Shown one piece after another: positions 12,301 to 23,971 of a stretch of DNA of 64,000 nucleotides (its first letter is position 1; each line of letters opens with the position of its first letter). The stretch covers positions 744,001 to 808,000 of the forward strand of contig BROI01000002.1 of the NCBI GenBank assembly GCA_027923505.1. The letters run 5' to 3'. Source of the DNA: Mayamaea pseudoterrestris (lineage: Eukaryota). The notes under the pieces are model-generated. The model was not told the origin of the DNA. It saw only the letters and a list, made by a program, of their open reading frames with translations, and made no database searches. The translations under genes and the position numbers were made by a program.

Positions 12301-13695
12301 AGCACGGGTGCACCAGGCGGAGGCGCACAAGCAACCTCCGCTCCTGTAAGTCAGCCGGTTTCACTGTTTTCACCAACCTTGGCACCTCATTTGGGGCTTT
12401 CGCCAAGCCAGGCACCCATCGTGCAAATGACGAGTGCACCTGCCGGTGGCGCACAAGCAACCTCCGCGCCCACCAAAATACCGAGCAATACCCAATCATT
12501 CGGGCCGACACTTACTCCTAGTCGCTTACCAACAATAACACCAGCAATTACACAATCGCCTGTTTCAGTTCCTACCATGCTACCGTCCAACGCTCCAATC
12601 AAGGTGGTCACGGAGGTGCCAGCAGGATCGCCGACAAATACACCTGTTACAATTTTTACAGCAATACCCACAAGCGCTCCAATCGAAAAGGTTACAAGTG
12701 TGCCATCAAAGTCGCCGACAACCACACCTGTTTCAGCTCCTTTAAATTTGCCTTCCAACACTCCACCCAAAATGCCTGCTTTGTCCCCAACTATGTCACC
12801 AGTTTCAGCGCCTACATCTTGTGATGTACTACCTCAGTGCTACGATGGTAGTCAATATTTCCCGAATCGAATTTTATACTGTAAGAAAAATGGAAGGACT
12901 GACTGCATAACACCCGAGTCATTGAGTGGTCAAGATAATGGTGGGAAATGCGGCGACTGTAGCACCGCTGGGTCCTTGCTACGTGTTGCGCATGGTGAGA
13001 CAGATGAAGCTACATCTGCACCTGTTAGAAAGTCTGGTCGAAAGCCTACTCCTAAGCCTACTCGGAAGCCTGTTAGAGCTACACGAAGGCCGACTCGTCG
13101 TCCTAGACCAACAAACAAACCGACGCGACGGCCAAAGCCAATTGCCAAACCTGTTGCCTTTATCCGGACGACGCCAGCTGACGAGCCAGTCCGACGTGCA
13201 AGTCTTACGGACAAACCTACTCGCGCTCCCAAACCTACCGGTACCAACGAATCGACCAGACAAAAAGTGACGGGGCGTCCGACGGATCCGCCTAAAACGG
13301 ATCGCCCAACGAGGCCACCAAGAACCGAGAGACCAACAGACCCACCCAAGACGGATCGCCCAACAAGAGCACCAAGGACTGATAAACAAACAGACCCACC
13401 TAAGACGGATCGCCCAACAAGAGCACCAAGGACAGATAAACCGACAGACCCACCTAAGACGGATCGCCCAACAAGAGCACCAAGGACCGATAAACCGACA
13501 GATCCACCTAAGACGGATCGCCCAACGAGACCACCAAGGACCGATAAACCGACAGATCCACCTGAGACGGATCGCCCTACGAGACCACCAAGGACTGATA
13601 AACCGACAGATCCGCCCAAGACGGATCAGCCCACGAAACCACCGAAGGCGGAAGATGAGGTTATAGCTGATGAAACCGGCAAAGGGCTGAAGTGA
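9316..13695 (+). CDS. Type-II membrane mucin-like surface protein, paralog B; exons 9316-9581, 9752-10327, 10422-13695, with an in-frame TAG at 9912-9914 (possible pseudogene or later start at Met 9969)
   Basis: Shares RWxQMQxxxNQSxxQESxRGGxGFF, the phase-2 intron position, the TM helix, GAIDFASxNP, the 6-Cys module and 9-aa repeats with paralog A. ORFs 9672-9914 and 9954-10331 are in the same frame with only that TAG between them. Confidence 0.75.
11730..12470 (+). repeat. Coding repeats of ~40 aa (PVSLFSPTLAPQ...STGAPGGGAQATSAP) in mucin B
   Basis: About five to six degenerate copies are visible in the translation. Boundaries are approximate. Confidence 0.85.
13279..13656 (+). repeat. 14 x 27-bp coding repeat arranged as a 54-bp higher-order dimer (PTDPPKTDR/PTRxPRTDK)
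   Basis: Units counted directly in the translation. Confidence 0.95.
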
Positions 13696-13844
13696 GCTTC
13701 ACCTGCAAGTTGATACTCTCACTTTTGTAAAGGGCTGTTCGGCGTGAAAAACTGAAAGTAGTGTCCACGCACGCCTGTCGTTGTATTCGATAGTGCATTC
13801 TACTGTAAATATCCTATGTAATGAACTTCAGTGTAAAATGATAC

Positions 13845-15944
13845 CTAAATAGTCCCAAACAGCCTGTTTCCTGTATCTGTATTCCCCGTTCCGGTGTATT
13901 GATTAGAGGAAACCCTCAATGCCAAGAATCGAACGCGAGGGTATTCTTTAGGGAGGTCGCTGGCAGCCACCTCCTGTATAACAGAGGTTAGAACGTATAC
14001 CTGCGGAGCAGAGGTTGTCTGGCTGATGGCTGCTAAGAAGTTGCGTATCGTGCCTCCCTTGTTAACAACAGAGTCAACGACAATAATTTGTTCCGCAGAC
14101 AGGGCTTGTGAAGGTAAATCGAGCCCAGCGTAATGTATAAACTGTGCATCTGGAAAACATTCGAAGACCCCTCGAGCCATAGGCTCCCCACCTCGCATAA
14201 GTGCGACAATAGCAATTCGCTTTCCAGCCGTTTTCACTCCTAGGAAGTCGCCTTGCTGGACATGGCGGAAGCGGCATGACTCAGTAAGGCTAGGCGCAAT
14301 CTGCAAAAGTTTCGCAGTCAAGTAGCGTCCAATCTGGACGTGCACGCTTTGAAGTTGGGGACCCTGGAAGTCGGCACGACGAGAATTTGTCGCGAGTATC
14401 TTGGCAAATGAGTCGTCGGTAAAATGCGTAATGGAATGGATCTTTCGCGTCGCGAGATCATCCAACAAACTTGTCAAATTTCCTACTTTTAGTCCATTAT
14501 GGTAGGCAATGCTATCATTGTCGGCTGGTAATCCCATTTGATACAAGCGCCTGCAATCTCCTGCAACACAGTCGTTGATGAAGCACTGCATAGAGCTGCT
14601 GTGATGCTTGGGATCGACAACAACATATCCCCGATCAGCTGCTTGCAACATAGGAACATCCAAAGCTGTGAAGTCGATGACAAGGTATGCGTCAATCAAT
14701 ATTATCGGGTACAGTGTCACTCATAGCGCCGCACAGTACTTACTTGAATCGCCAAAGGCCATCACGAGACATCCCCGATGCAGACGTCGAAGCTCCTCTA
14801 CTACAATAGCCTTCGCTGACGGGTCAACTACATAATCATGCAGTTCGAGATGATTTCCAGCAATTACAGACATACTGTCCGCCAAGTCATGACTCATTAA
14901 AGCAGCCTGCCAAGTTTCGCGTATTGAGCTCGACACAAGTATGGGTCGCACAAATGGCGGTAAGCGCTGAAGAAATTCTACCCAATCTTTGTGGAACATA
15001 ACCTGCTTCGATCCGACCTCGCTAGCAAAGGCTTGATAGTCCGCAACGGACATTACGCTGCTGTAAAGCATTGCCACTTCAATAAATGGTCGGAAAGGGT
15101 ACCCCGCAAATCGAGTGAAGATATCTTGAAGCGGGTCGCTGCCTATATATAACTCCTTGCACCTTTGCATGTGATCAAAAAACAGACGACCCGTGTCCTG
15201 CGGAGTGATAGTTTTATCGCCATCAATGAGGAGGAAGACATCTGCTGCAGGAACTTTCTGTACGGCGGCTCGTAAAGCCGACCGAGTTTGAAGTCGGCAC
15301 GTATCGATCCGAGGCTCGAGTAGTTCAGAAAGAAACTGACCTGCGTCGTCACTTTGGTTAAGTAGGTTGAAAGACCGACAGTGTCGCGGTAGACTTGATT
15401 TCTCGTGATCGAGCCACTTTTGAAGCACACCAACCGTGAGTGTATCTCTCAAGCGAGAACCCGACAGAGTGTCGGCTGCCCTTTGATCATGTATAGTCTG
15501 AGGAGATACATCGAGGTAGAGAATCATGTCGTACGTTTCTCTGTCCTCGTCGCTGAAAACATTGTCAAAGGAGACGTCACCGCTCGCTGACACCACTGGA
15601 AAAGAGAAATGCCCAGCGACAACTGTTACTCCTTTCAACTCGCGGATACGTTGCACAGCAGCCGACCGAAGTTTTGCTTGTGAGGACAAATCAAGACGCT
15701 TAAAATCCTCTAGGTCGTCGCCGTCGCCATTCTCTCGCATCACCTGAAGGATCATTTCGCTGCCCTCAATACAACGCCACTCCCTGTGCTGCTGCTTAAG
15801 TGATGCGAGGCAATGGCTCTTACCCGACCCCGAAATGCCGTACAGACCAACAACGCAAGAAAATATCATCGTATGTTTTGTTTCAGAAAAGGGCTTGGCG
15901 TTGAAAGTTTTGTTTTGTGGAGGGCCGATGATCGTAGCCTCCAT
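13845..15944 (-). CDS. Three-domain fusion: P-loop NMP-kinase-like + HAD hydrolase + uracil phosphoribosyltransferase-like; exons 15944-14744, 14665-13845
   Basis: Walker A GISGSGKS. HAD motif I LIDGDKT, and motif IV GDS-T-LD formed by splicing (A|GTAAGT..CACAG|CT). PRT motifs LMRGGEPM and VVDSVVNKGGTI. C-terminal TDTGNRLF. Confidence 0.85.
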
Positions 15945-16049
15945 TTACAACAAAACCCAAGCAAAATGACGACGTGGCCAAAACGGAGAAGATACGGCTG
16001 TATCCTCAACCAAAATCAAACTGCAAGTCCCTTGCAACTCGTCGCCATC

Positions 16050-17639
16050 TCATTTCGCTTGCGAATATTTTAAACCGGATCGCAACCTACCGTAAAACAA
16101 CCCCGTCAAACTCTGCGCTGCAGGGCTGACAAAAATCTCGTTGTGGCGCGACACGTCGTCATCAGTTGCCCGCTTCGACTTCTTTGGTCGTTTCTTCTTG
16201 TTTCGTTTCAATTTGATCCGCTCATTGGCCATGAAATCTTCTTGAGTCATATGCTTTGTTTTGGTACAAGCTGAGTTTGTCGAAGGTGTGGATGGCAATT
16301 CTTGCTCCACATCGTCCGCCAATCTTGATTCTTCCTCGAACGATCGTAAAAGAGTCTGTCCCATCAGCCTGTTTAAGTTGCTGTCAGTTGTTCGACCAGA
16401 TTGATACAAGTTTGGCTTGCTTTGTGCAGGGTAAATCAACTCATGGGCCGGGCGCCTGTTGTTGTCTCGCTTGCTCTCACGCAACGCGGCTGCAGCAGTC
16501 TTCATTTGCGCCTCCATGACACTGGGATGCACCCGAACGAGTCGATAGATTGTGTTTAGATCCTGCGAAAGCTGGCACGGCATGAGACGTGTAATGGGGT
16601 CTGGATGCAAGACGGCGTCGGGCGCCGCCTCGAAAAGCTCCTTGACTCCGCCCTGCCATACATGGCCACGAAGAAGTGCAGTGTGAAGGATCCATCGGCC
16701 GTGTTCGTTTGGATCTTTAAATCGTGCTGCTTGCGGATGTATATCTAATAGTCGATACAATACTTGCTCCTGTCGAGGTCTGTACTTGTCGGCAATACTT
16801 GCTTCGGATATCGTCATGTCCATGGCCGAAAGCGCCGCGTAGTGTAGCGGCAGTCGCCCTGTCTTGTCAACTAGAAAAGCTTGATGGGAGTACTGACTCA
16901 ATAAGTAATCCCATATTTCCTTTGGCGTATTTGTAACGCCTAGCGATGCTGCTGCGTGAAGCACGAGTGATTCGTCCCCTCGATGCATGGCAATGCGGCG
17001 CAAGAGTAGCTCCATCTTTTGCCAAAAAATGGTCGCGTAATTGCTAGCTATGTCTGTTGAATGCTTGCGGCCCTCCCATAGCGCTGTCATTGGCGTTTGG
17101 TATGCGCTGTCGCTGCCCTTTGCGTGAATTGCCTTGGTAGTCAAAACGGCAGCAGTGTCCGGATGCGCTGTCAAGAGCTCCTTTAATACATCCAGCGAAG
17201 CATTCTCTCGGCATGCGTAGTGCAGCGGCAAGTTCCCAGAGTCGTCAGGCATAATTGCGGAGCGTGGAGTCACGCCAAGTAGCTTGCGAATGAATCGAGC
17301 CGGCGGCTTGTTGCGACACGCCAACGATAGCGGCGTCATGGCAGTGACTGGGTCTATGTAAAAGACGTCCAGAGGAAATCGCTCCAAGCGCTTCTCGGCA
17401 AACTGCCATCGCTTCTTGCTTATTATTTTGTAGAGTTCACAGGATCCAGAAGCAAGAAATTGGTCATCGCCCAGCTGATCGAGCAGAAACGATGAGGCGC
17501 TATCATCAAGTGAGTTTGAACACGTCGGATCTGGGGACGGAGCCGCCTTGCCAAGGCGCGACGCTTCCTTGTCCTCTCGCATTCGCGTCTTGCATGGACT
17601 GGTCCAGGAACGCCAGGATGCGACGCACTTTTCGTTCAT
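16050..17639 (-). CDS. Ankyrin-repeat protein of the expanded diatom type
   Basis: MTPLSLAC, GNLPLHYAC, GRLPLHYAA, WILHTAL, ELFEAAPDA..DP.TRLMP. The start Met is uncertain; the open frame extends to 17885. Confidence 0.75.
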   Translation of the reverse strand: MNEKCVASWRSWTSPCKTRMREDKEASRLGKAAPSPDPTCSNSLDDSASSFLLDQLGDDQFLASGSCELYKIISKKRWQFAEKRLERFPLDVFYIDPVTAMTPLSLACRNKPPARFIRKLLGVTPRSAIMPDDSGNLPLHYACRENASLDVLKELLTAHPDTAAVLTTKAIHAKGSDSAYQTPMTALWEGRKHSTDIASNYATIFWQKMELLLRRIAMHRGDESLVLHAAASLGVTNTPKEIWDYLLSQYSHQAFLVDKTGRLPLHYAALSAMDMTISEASIADKYRPRQEQVLYRLLDIHPQAARFKDPNEHGRWILHTALLRGHVWQGGVKELFEAAPDAVLHPDPITRLMPCQLSQDLNTIYRLVRVHPSVMEAQMKTAAAALRESKRDNNRRPAHELIYPAQSKPNLYQSGRTTDSNLNRLMGQTLLRSFEEESRLADDVEQELPSTPSTNSACTKTKHMTQEDFMANERIKLKRNKKKRPKKSKRATDDDVSRHNEIFVSPAAQSLTGLFYGRLRSGLKYSQAK

Positions 17640-19085
17640 GTTTCGGAGGAATGAAATAGAAGAAGTAGAGGTGCGCGCGTCCGTCGAAAAACGTAACGAG
17701 GCAGATGACCAAGTTTTCGCTCTCAAACCACAAAAGATCCTGGCAAAGCTACAGTTGCCAATGACGGCGACAAGATCCTCGGAGCAAAAGGCCTGCCAGC
17801 ATTTTTGCTTGCCCAATTTACAAATGCTACTTTGGCTTGCGCAAAAGTGCAATCCATGCATGTTTGACTTCCACTTGCATCTCAATCGCAGTTTCTGTTG
17901 GAAGGCTTGCGTGCGCGCGCGTCCAGGTTTTAACGCTTGGTTTTATCTTCCATAATTCGGGATTGGTACGACCGTTTTTTGTGACCATCACTAACAGTAG
18001 TGGACAGCATAACCTGAATAAGCAGTCATATGTCCCGAAGCCAATGATATTTTTCCCTATAAATCTAGCACTTGATAGAGCTAGGCTTAAAGAATACGGG
18101 GTCCAAGTTTGGTGAAAATCACTTCGGCACATCTAGAGATGCGCCAGCTGTTGTGATGGATTTTTGCAACCGGGACTCGTTTCGCCACTTTTCACAAGCG
18201 CGTTTCGCATCGCCAAAATGGACCAATTTCACCACCCAGCGATAACGAAGGAACGACAAGTACTGAAAAGCTACAAACACAACGATCCATTTGTATAAAC
18301 CCACAAGGTGATGATGTTATGTTGTACTGCATCAAAATGATGTAAATTAGGTCCCCAGAGCTGCATCACATTTGAGCCATAACCCCATTTTGGCACCTTG
18401 GGTCATTAATATCTTTCGACACCATTGGTTGCTTGACGTAATGAGGGTCATTCCTGAGTCGTATTGATGAATACTCCATGATGAAAGCCCTAATTCACGA
18501 ATCTAAACTTATTCAGGTTATGCTGTCCAGCACTGTAAGTAAGGCAAAAGTCACCGAGAACAAATGGTATCTTTGCATATCACTTAAGAATACTTAGGAA
18601 GGGTCCAAAAGGTCAGTCTCGCGATGCATCTAGTAAAAAAAGGTCCAGCGGACCCTTTCGTAACCGTTAAACCGTAAACGTGACCGACTGGCTCTCGAAT
18701 TGCATCGAATGGCCTCACTTAACAGGCTATCACGCGATCGATCGCGACGTTTGTATCAGCTGTGTCCTGGCTCCACATTTCGCATACGCGGGAACTGCAA
18801 AACCAAATAAGATACTACTACCACTAATCGAAATCTTATGTCATTACGCTCCGTTTGCGCTTATAATATTTTTTATACGATAGCTATAGCTTGTGAAATA
18901 TGGTCCCCCAATTAGCAAGTCGAGACGTTCTTGGCAACGGATTGGCTGGCGCGCAACTGCTTCTAAGTATGTGACGTCATGAGTCCCGGTCCGCGAGGGT
19001 CCAGCGACAGTAAAGCAGTGACAAGATCTTCGTCGCGACCATGGAACCAATTCATTCGTTTTTAAAGAAGGGCCACCAAAGCACC

Positions 19086-20258
19086 ATGCCTCGTTCCAAT
19101 GGCGGCGCAGGCCGTAGACAAAAGTACAACTCTGGTGGAAGCAACAAGAATAAGAAGACATACAGCAATCATAATCCGGCTCGTGGCGGTCCAGGAGTGC
19201 TTTGGACGTGCGAGCCTGGCAAGGAGCGACGGTGCTTGCGCGAAGGACTAGATATTTTGCAGCATTACCTTGCGGATGATGTAGCGATGAAGAAACCTGA
19301 GGTAGATGATGACTTCAAGCAGAAACAGCAGACGGATGCTTCCAACGAGCAAGGTAAAGAAGGCGAACCGAAGCTCACTCTCGATGATGAGATTGCCATG
19401 CTCAAGAATCGAAACAAAAGCAAGAATGGAAAGTCATTGTCAGATTTGCCCTTTCAGGAGTACGAGACGGGTTGTAAGGGTACTGTATTTATGCTTTATA
19501 CAGGGTCTACTCGTGCCGATGCAGTCATTGCCGAACAAGACTGTACCAGCAGCGATCAACCGCAAGCAAAGAAAGCTCGCCTTGAAGAGACCGACAGTGT
19601 TGCCGCAGCTGTAACAGCGACCACGACAAAATGCGCGTCCGATGGGGACGAGGCAAGTGACCCGCAGTCACAGGAAAAGGTTGCGCTGCCAATCTCACCA
19701 GATGAATCAACTTGGCAAGTACTTCCTACCGTTCTGACCATTTTTGAAGATCAGATCAAGGATGCGGCCCTAGCGGCCACTGCAGCAGTACAGGACGACG
19801 ATGACAATAAAATATCGGACCAAGGTTCTAAAGGATCTGCTTTGGGCAGTCAGCCTGTTTCAAGCAGTAGCCACATTCCTACCTCTCGTTTCATGACTCG
19901 CATGATTCCCATTCAAGCGACTTGCTTCGCCAAAGCGCAAGAGGTCCAAGATACCTTTGCATTGCTGCTTGAACAGCACGTTAGCGCTCAAGACTCGAAA
20001 CATACGTTTGCCATTTCAACCAAGCGTCGGTGCTGCGAGCACTTGAAGAGTCAAGAAGTGATTCAAGCCATTGGTGGGCAGGTGGCGAAACTTCGACCAA
20101 ACTGGACGGTGAATCTCCGGCAGCCAGACTTTACAGTCATTGTGGAAACCTGCAAGACTCTTGTTGGAATTTCCATATTGCCGAGTAGTTACTTGTCGGT
20201 GGTGCGCAACTTTAATTTGGCCGAGCTTCGTACCAACATTGGAGTGGCGACGGAATGA
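19086..20258 (+). CDS. THUMPD1: THUMP-domain protein (Tan1/THUMPD1-like tRNA acetylation cofactor)
   Basis: GPGVLWTCEPGKERRC N-terminal motif; SRFMTRMIPIQATC, TFAISTKRR, VNLRQPDFTVIVE, FNL. Confidence 0.85.
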   Translation: MPRSNGGAGRRQKYNSGGSNKNKKTYSNHNPARGGPGVLWTCEPGKERRCLREGLDILQHYLADDVAMKKPEVDDDFKQKQQTDASNEQGKEGEPKLTLDDEIAMLKNRNKSKNGKSLSDLPFQEYETGCKGTVFMLYTGSTRADAVIAEQDCTSSDQPQAKKARLEETDSVAAAVTATTTKCASDGDEASDPQSQEKVALPISPDESTWQVLPTVLTIFEDQIKDAALAATAAVQDDDDNKISDQGSKGSALGSQPVSSSSHIPTSRFMTRMIPIQATCFAKAQEVQDTFALLLEQHVSAQDSKHTFAISTKRRCCEHLKSQEVIQAIGGQVAKLRPNWTVNLRQPDFTVIVETCKTLVGISILPSSYLSVVRNFNLAELRTNIGVATE

Positions 20259-20508
20259 TTTAGTTTAATCGAGGAAGGTCTCAAATTAATAATCGTCGTA
20301 CTGCTGCAATCTCAATAGCGACTTGGTTTTAGTCAATGTAACTGCGCAATAATTTGGGCTACCGAAATAGCTGGAGACCAGACAGAACTTGGTCGCGATC
20401 AAAGCTGAGTAACGAAGCGACGGACCGACTCGGATCCTTCGACACGATCGAACCAGCGCACAAAAGTGAGCGAAGAGCGATGGAGGGAATCATCAAAAAA
20501 TCACCATC

Positions 20509-21368
20509 ATGCTTGTCACATCCTTAATAAATCAGCTTCCACCTCATGCAAATGCTCTCTTATTATCAAGATTTGGAGTTGAGCATGGGGATTTTATTGG
20601 ATTTGCACAAAACGCTGCGTCATGGATGGACGATGAATGCATCGGATCGTCGTCAAATTGCATCCAAACGCTGACCTCTGTTATTAAAAGCTCCATCCAC
20701 CCAAGTCTGCTTCTATCCTTATCAGCTACTGGTCAGTTTAAAGGCGAGGTTGTCATGATACTGTAATATCAAGCTCTCATACACCAGCGCATCTTTTAGA
20801 CTCGTCGTCTACAGAATTCGCTCCAGTTCTAAACATTCCAGCACTCATTTCCTTTGTCGTGGTTGCATTGGCCTTTGTTTCCTTGCAGATTCGTGTCACA
20901 TCCATTGGAGATGCCGCAGACCGTCGAACAGACGCTTTAAAGGCACTCAGAACGATCAAGTCGCTGCAACTAGAGGGCAAGGCTACCACGGAACAAGTCG
21001 ATGAAGCATTGCGAAAGTACGAACAAACCTTTTCGGAAGTGGAGCAACTACGAAACGTCTTGCCAGGCGTAAGGATACGACCGCCGCCGGTGACTGCTGG
21101 TTTGGCTCAAACGAGAATGAAGGAAAACGAGGCTGCAGCCAAGCAGTTCTTGGGGATTGAGCCGACTGCGGCAGACGTAGAAGAGAATGATATCAACAGT
21201 GAGAAGGGGAATGGAAGGCTTGCACTACCTTTGGTGGCAATACTGGTTTTAGTCTTAATCAGTCAAATGGGTTTGCTGATGTTGCTGGCGAACGACCCGA
21301 TGTCGTCGTCCATGGATCCGACCATGACGACCACGGAAATATTAGATGCAATTAGCAATTTAGAATAA
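20509..21368 (+). CDS. Hypothetical membrane protein (two hydrophobic segments flanking a coiled coil); exons 20509-20731, 20800-21368
   Basis: G|GTCAGT..TTTTAG|AC joins ORF 20509 in frame to ORF 20859. The 5' end is uncertain. Confidence 0.6.
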
Positions 21369-21418
21369 CATACGTCGACGATAAATGTCTCTCATAAATT
21401 AAATTATGATATATTTAA

Positions 21419-22606
21419 CTATGCAGCTTCGTCAGCCGGTGAGAGAGGATCAAAGTCGGGCAGAGGCATCCACTCCTCATGTCCAGCCGTCCCACACCCA
21501 TCAATCTCCTCCTCAAACTCAAAGGACGGCAGAGGCGGTCGCTCTAATCCTCCCAGCACATGCCCCGTCCGCCATAGAGGCTTCTTTACTGCATCTCGGA
21601 CCTCGACAAAATGTCCATTGTTTCCGGGTACAGATCCATTTACGTAAAGCAGATTGCGTCCTCGGTCAATCTTGATGACTCGCAAGCTTTGCGTCGTCAC
21701 GCGGGTTCCACCCATGCGGCCTGCCATCTTTTTACCCTTGAACACCTTTCCAGGATCCTGGCACTGCCCAGTGGATCCATGTGCCCGATGAGCCTTGGAA
21801 ACGCCGTGCGATGCCGGCAAACCACCAAAGCCATGACGTTTCATGGGCCCCTGAAAACCCTTACCCTTGCTAATTGCCGAAACATCAATATTTTGACCCG
21901 GACAAAAGTGACGAGCATGAATTTGACTCCCAATTGGTAAAAAGTGCGACTCGTCCGAAACAAGAAACTCGCGCACCAAGTAGGGTGGATTCTCATCTTC
22001 ACTCTGCAAAATCTCCGCATATTGACCCAAGACACTTCTACCAACATTTTTACGCTTTCGCTGACCAGCAACAACCCGCATGGCCGAGTAGCCATTCTTC
22101 TCCAACGTCTTGTGTCCCAAGACAATGTTGTTATCCAAATACAAGACCGTGCAAGGATGGCGCACTCCCCAGTCATCAAAGAGAGGCATCATTCCAACCT
22201 TGATGGCGAGCGCGCCGCATCGCTTGTCGCGAAGCGTCCAGGGACGCTCCTTGCCGTGGAGCTCGTATTCAAAGTCTTCCAGTTTATAGCTGACTTGCAA
22301 GGGGCGCTTGCGCATGCCTGGTTTCCAATCTGGAATGATTTTGCTAGAATGCTCCTGCTCAAGCTCCTCCAATTGCTCCTTTATAATTTCTTCAATCTCT
22401 TGAGGAGTAAGTTTATTGTTGTTATTTAGAGTTTGGATTGTGCTATCTATATTGTTATTCTTGTCGCTTGCAAGGATTCGCGAAGTGTGGAAACTGACGG
22501 CGCACAGCGACGGTGCGATTACTGCAGTGGGACGCACGAGCGACAGTCTCGCTTGCTGAGACGCTAAAGTTCGCGTTATCAGTCGCCGACTGGCTGATGC
22601 AAGCAT
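21419..22606 (-). CDS. MRPL3: Mitochondrial 50S ribosomal protein L3 (uL3m)
   Basis: KVGMMP, SKGKGFQGPMKRHGF, ASHGVSKAHR, PGKVFKGKKMAGRMG, GSVPG; Arg-rich mitochondrial presequence. Confidence 0.95.
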   Translation of the reverse strand: MLASASRRLITRTLASQQARLSLVRPTAVIAPSLCAVSFHTSRILASDKNNNIDSTIQTLNNNNKLTPQEIEEIIKEQLEELEQEHSSKIIPDWKPGMRKRPLQVSYKLEDFEYELHGKERPWTLRDKRCGALAIKVGMMPLFDDWGVRHPCTVLYLDNNIVLGHKTLEKNGYSAMRVVAGQRKRKNVGRSVLGQYAEILQSEDENPPYLVREFLVSDESHFLPIGSQIHARHFCPGQNIDVSAISKGKGFQGPMKRHGFGGLPASHGVSKAHRAHGSTGQCQDPGKVFKGKKMAGRMGGTRVTTQSLRVIKIDRGRNLLYVNGSVPGNNGHFVEVRDAVKKPLWRTGHVLGGLERPPLPSFEFEEEIDGCGTAGHEEWMPLPDFDPLSPADEAA

Positions 22607-23404
22607 CTTTGCTGCTTCTTACTATTTTGCGAACAAGGTCAAATCAAGGAGGCGATGCTGATGATGCTTGGGCGTCAAGGAAGGGCGAGAGGTTGTGGTT
22701 GTGGTTTTGCGAGTCTTTCTTATTGCTCATCGATTCACGAGTAATGTGTCAGCAAGTCATGCTACGACGCGAGCGCGACAGTACGATGCCGCGTCTCGCT
22801 ATGTCGCGTCTCGCATTTTTTGGTGTGCATAACTACCGGTACTGTACCGGTAACTACCTCTGCTTGGGTGCCGATCCTGCGGCGCTGCAACAAGATGGCT
22901 CACTTTCTTACAATCCAATTGGGCCAAGCCCAAAGACTCCTCGTTGTTTCCCAAGTTTCACCAGTCATTCTATACACAACTGCTTGCACTTTGTAAATAA
23001 AAAGGCCAACTCCGTAGGAGACGATAGTACGATGGACACGTGTTTTCGGCGAACTCCGTCTCCGAGTTTTCCTCGTGCCTGGTGGCGCGATTCTCGCTCT
23101 TGCTTGCATGCCGGCGCGCAAAATGCATGTGTCTACCTTCATTGTGCCGAAAATCAACCGCGGGACCTAGCAAAGTATGCAGCTGTAGCAAATGCTTGGT
23201 AAAGAGTAGTTGTACATGTATAGTTATTCATCTTTTGTTATTAAGCAGTTAGACTGGATCGCGGCCACGGGTTATAGCTTCGCATGCAGCATTGATTCGC
23301 ATATTGTATATACCTTCTCATGCAAGGCTGTAGAAATACTTTATGTATCATGCTCTATAACATTCTCTATATTGTCTATAATTCTAACCTGCAAGCAGTT
23401 CCTT

Positions 23405-23971
23405 TTATGAGAGTTTTGCATCAAACTGTGCCAAATGAGCGGCTCTTGTGCGATCATGCTTGGAATGCCGAGCGCTAATGTGGCTCAATGAAACAGAATC
23501 GACAGCGCCAAACTTCTTCATGTCGCTGGCTTGCTTGCGCAACAAAACTGACTGAAACTTGTTCGACATGTGATAGTTGTTGTTTCCAAATATCTTGGCA
23601 ATGGAACCTTCCAGACCTCGAGCACAAAATCGGTCTTCGTCCATCATTGAAACTTTGCCCCGAAGAACAATAATTTCCTTGAGCGTGGCCCTCGTGTCTC
23701 GTCGAATGGCATCGTAGTCTTCATCTTGTAGCCAGCAATCTTCTGCGTCGTTTGATTCAATGTCATGGTAACGGTTGGCAAATTCGGCAATACAGACGCC
23801 CTTTCCTTGTTGCTTGGGACGTTTGTTGAGTTGTTGCTTCGGACATGGCTGACCAAGCTCTGATAATGTGCGCTTGATGCAAGCACGAGGAGAGACAGTC
23901 GATTCCTCCTTGCGCCCAATAGCAGATGCCTTGGAGGCAAAGGGGATGAGTGCGTTCATGGCAGCGTGCAT
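23405..23971 (-). CDS. Hypothetical protein of a diatom-expanded family (W..DEDY..IR / CARGLE motifs)
   Basis: Motif pattern common in diatom hypothetical proteins. Start Met chosen at 23971. Confidence 0.6.
   Translation of the reverse strand: MHAAMNALIPFASKASAIGRKEESTVSPRACIKRTLSELGQPCPKQQLNKRPKQQGKGVCIAEFANRYHDIESNDAEDCWLQDEDYDAIRRDTRATLKEIIVLRGKVSMMDEDRFCARGLEGSIAKIFGNNNYHMSNKFQSVLLRKQASDMKKFGAVDSVSLSHISARHSKHDRTRAAHLAQFDAKLS

Noticed and set aside
18630..18658. Helitron-like 3' end (GGTCC-AGC-GGACC hairpin near CTAG) in an AT-richer intergenic stretch
   Set aside because: The stem is only 5 bp, the base after CTAG on the relevant strand is A rather than T, and no matching 5' end or second copy is seen.
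22513..23202. 229-aa ORF (similarly 63348-63866 and 24294-24803)
   Set aside because: No recognisable motifs, and they overlap better-supported genes or promoters in other frames.
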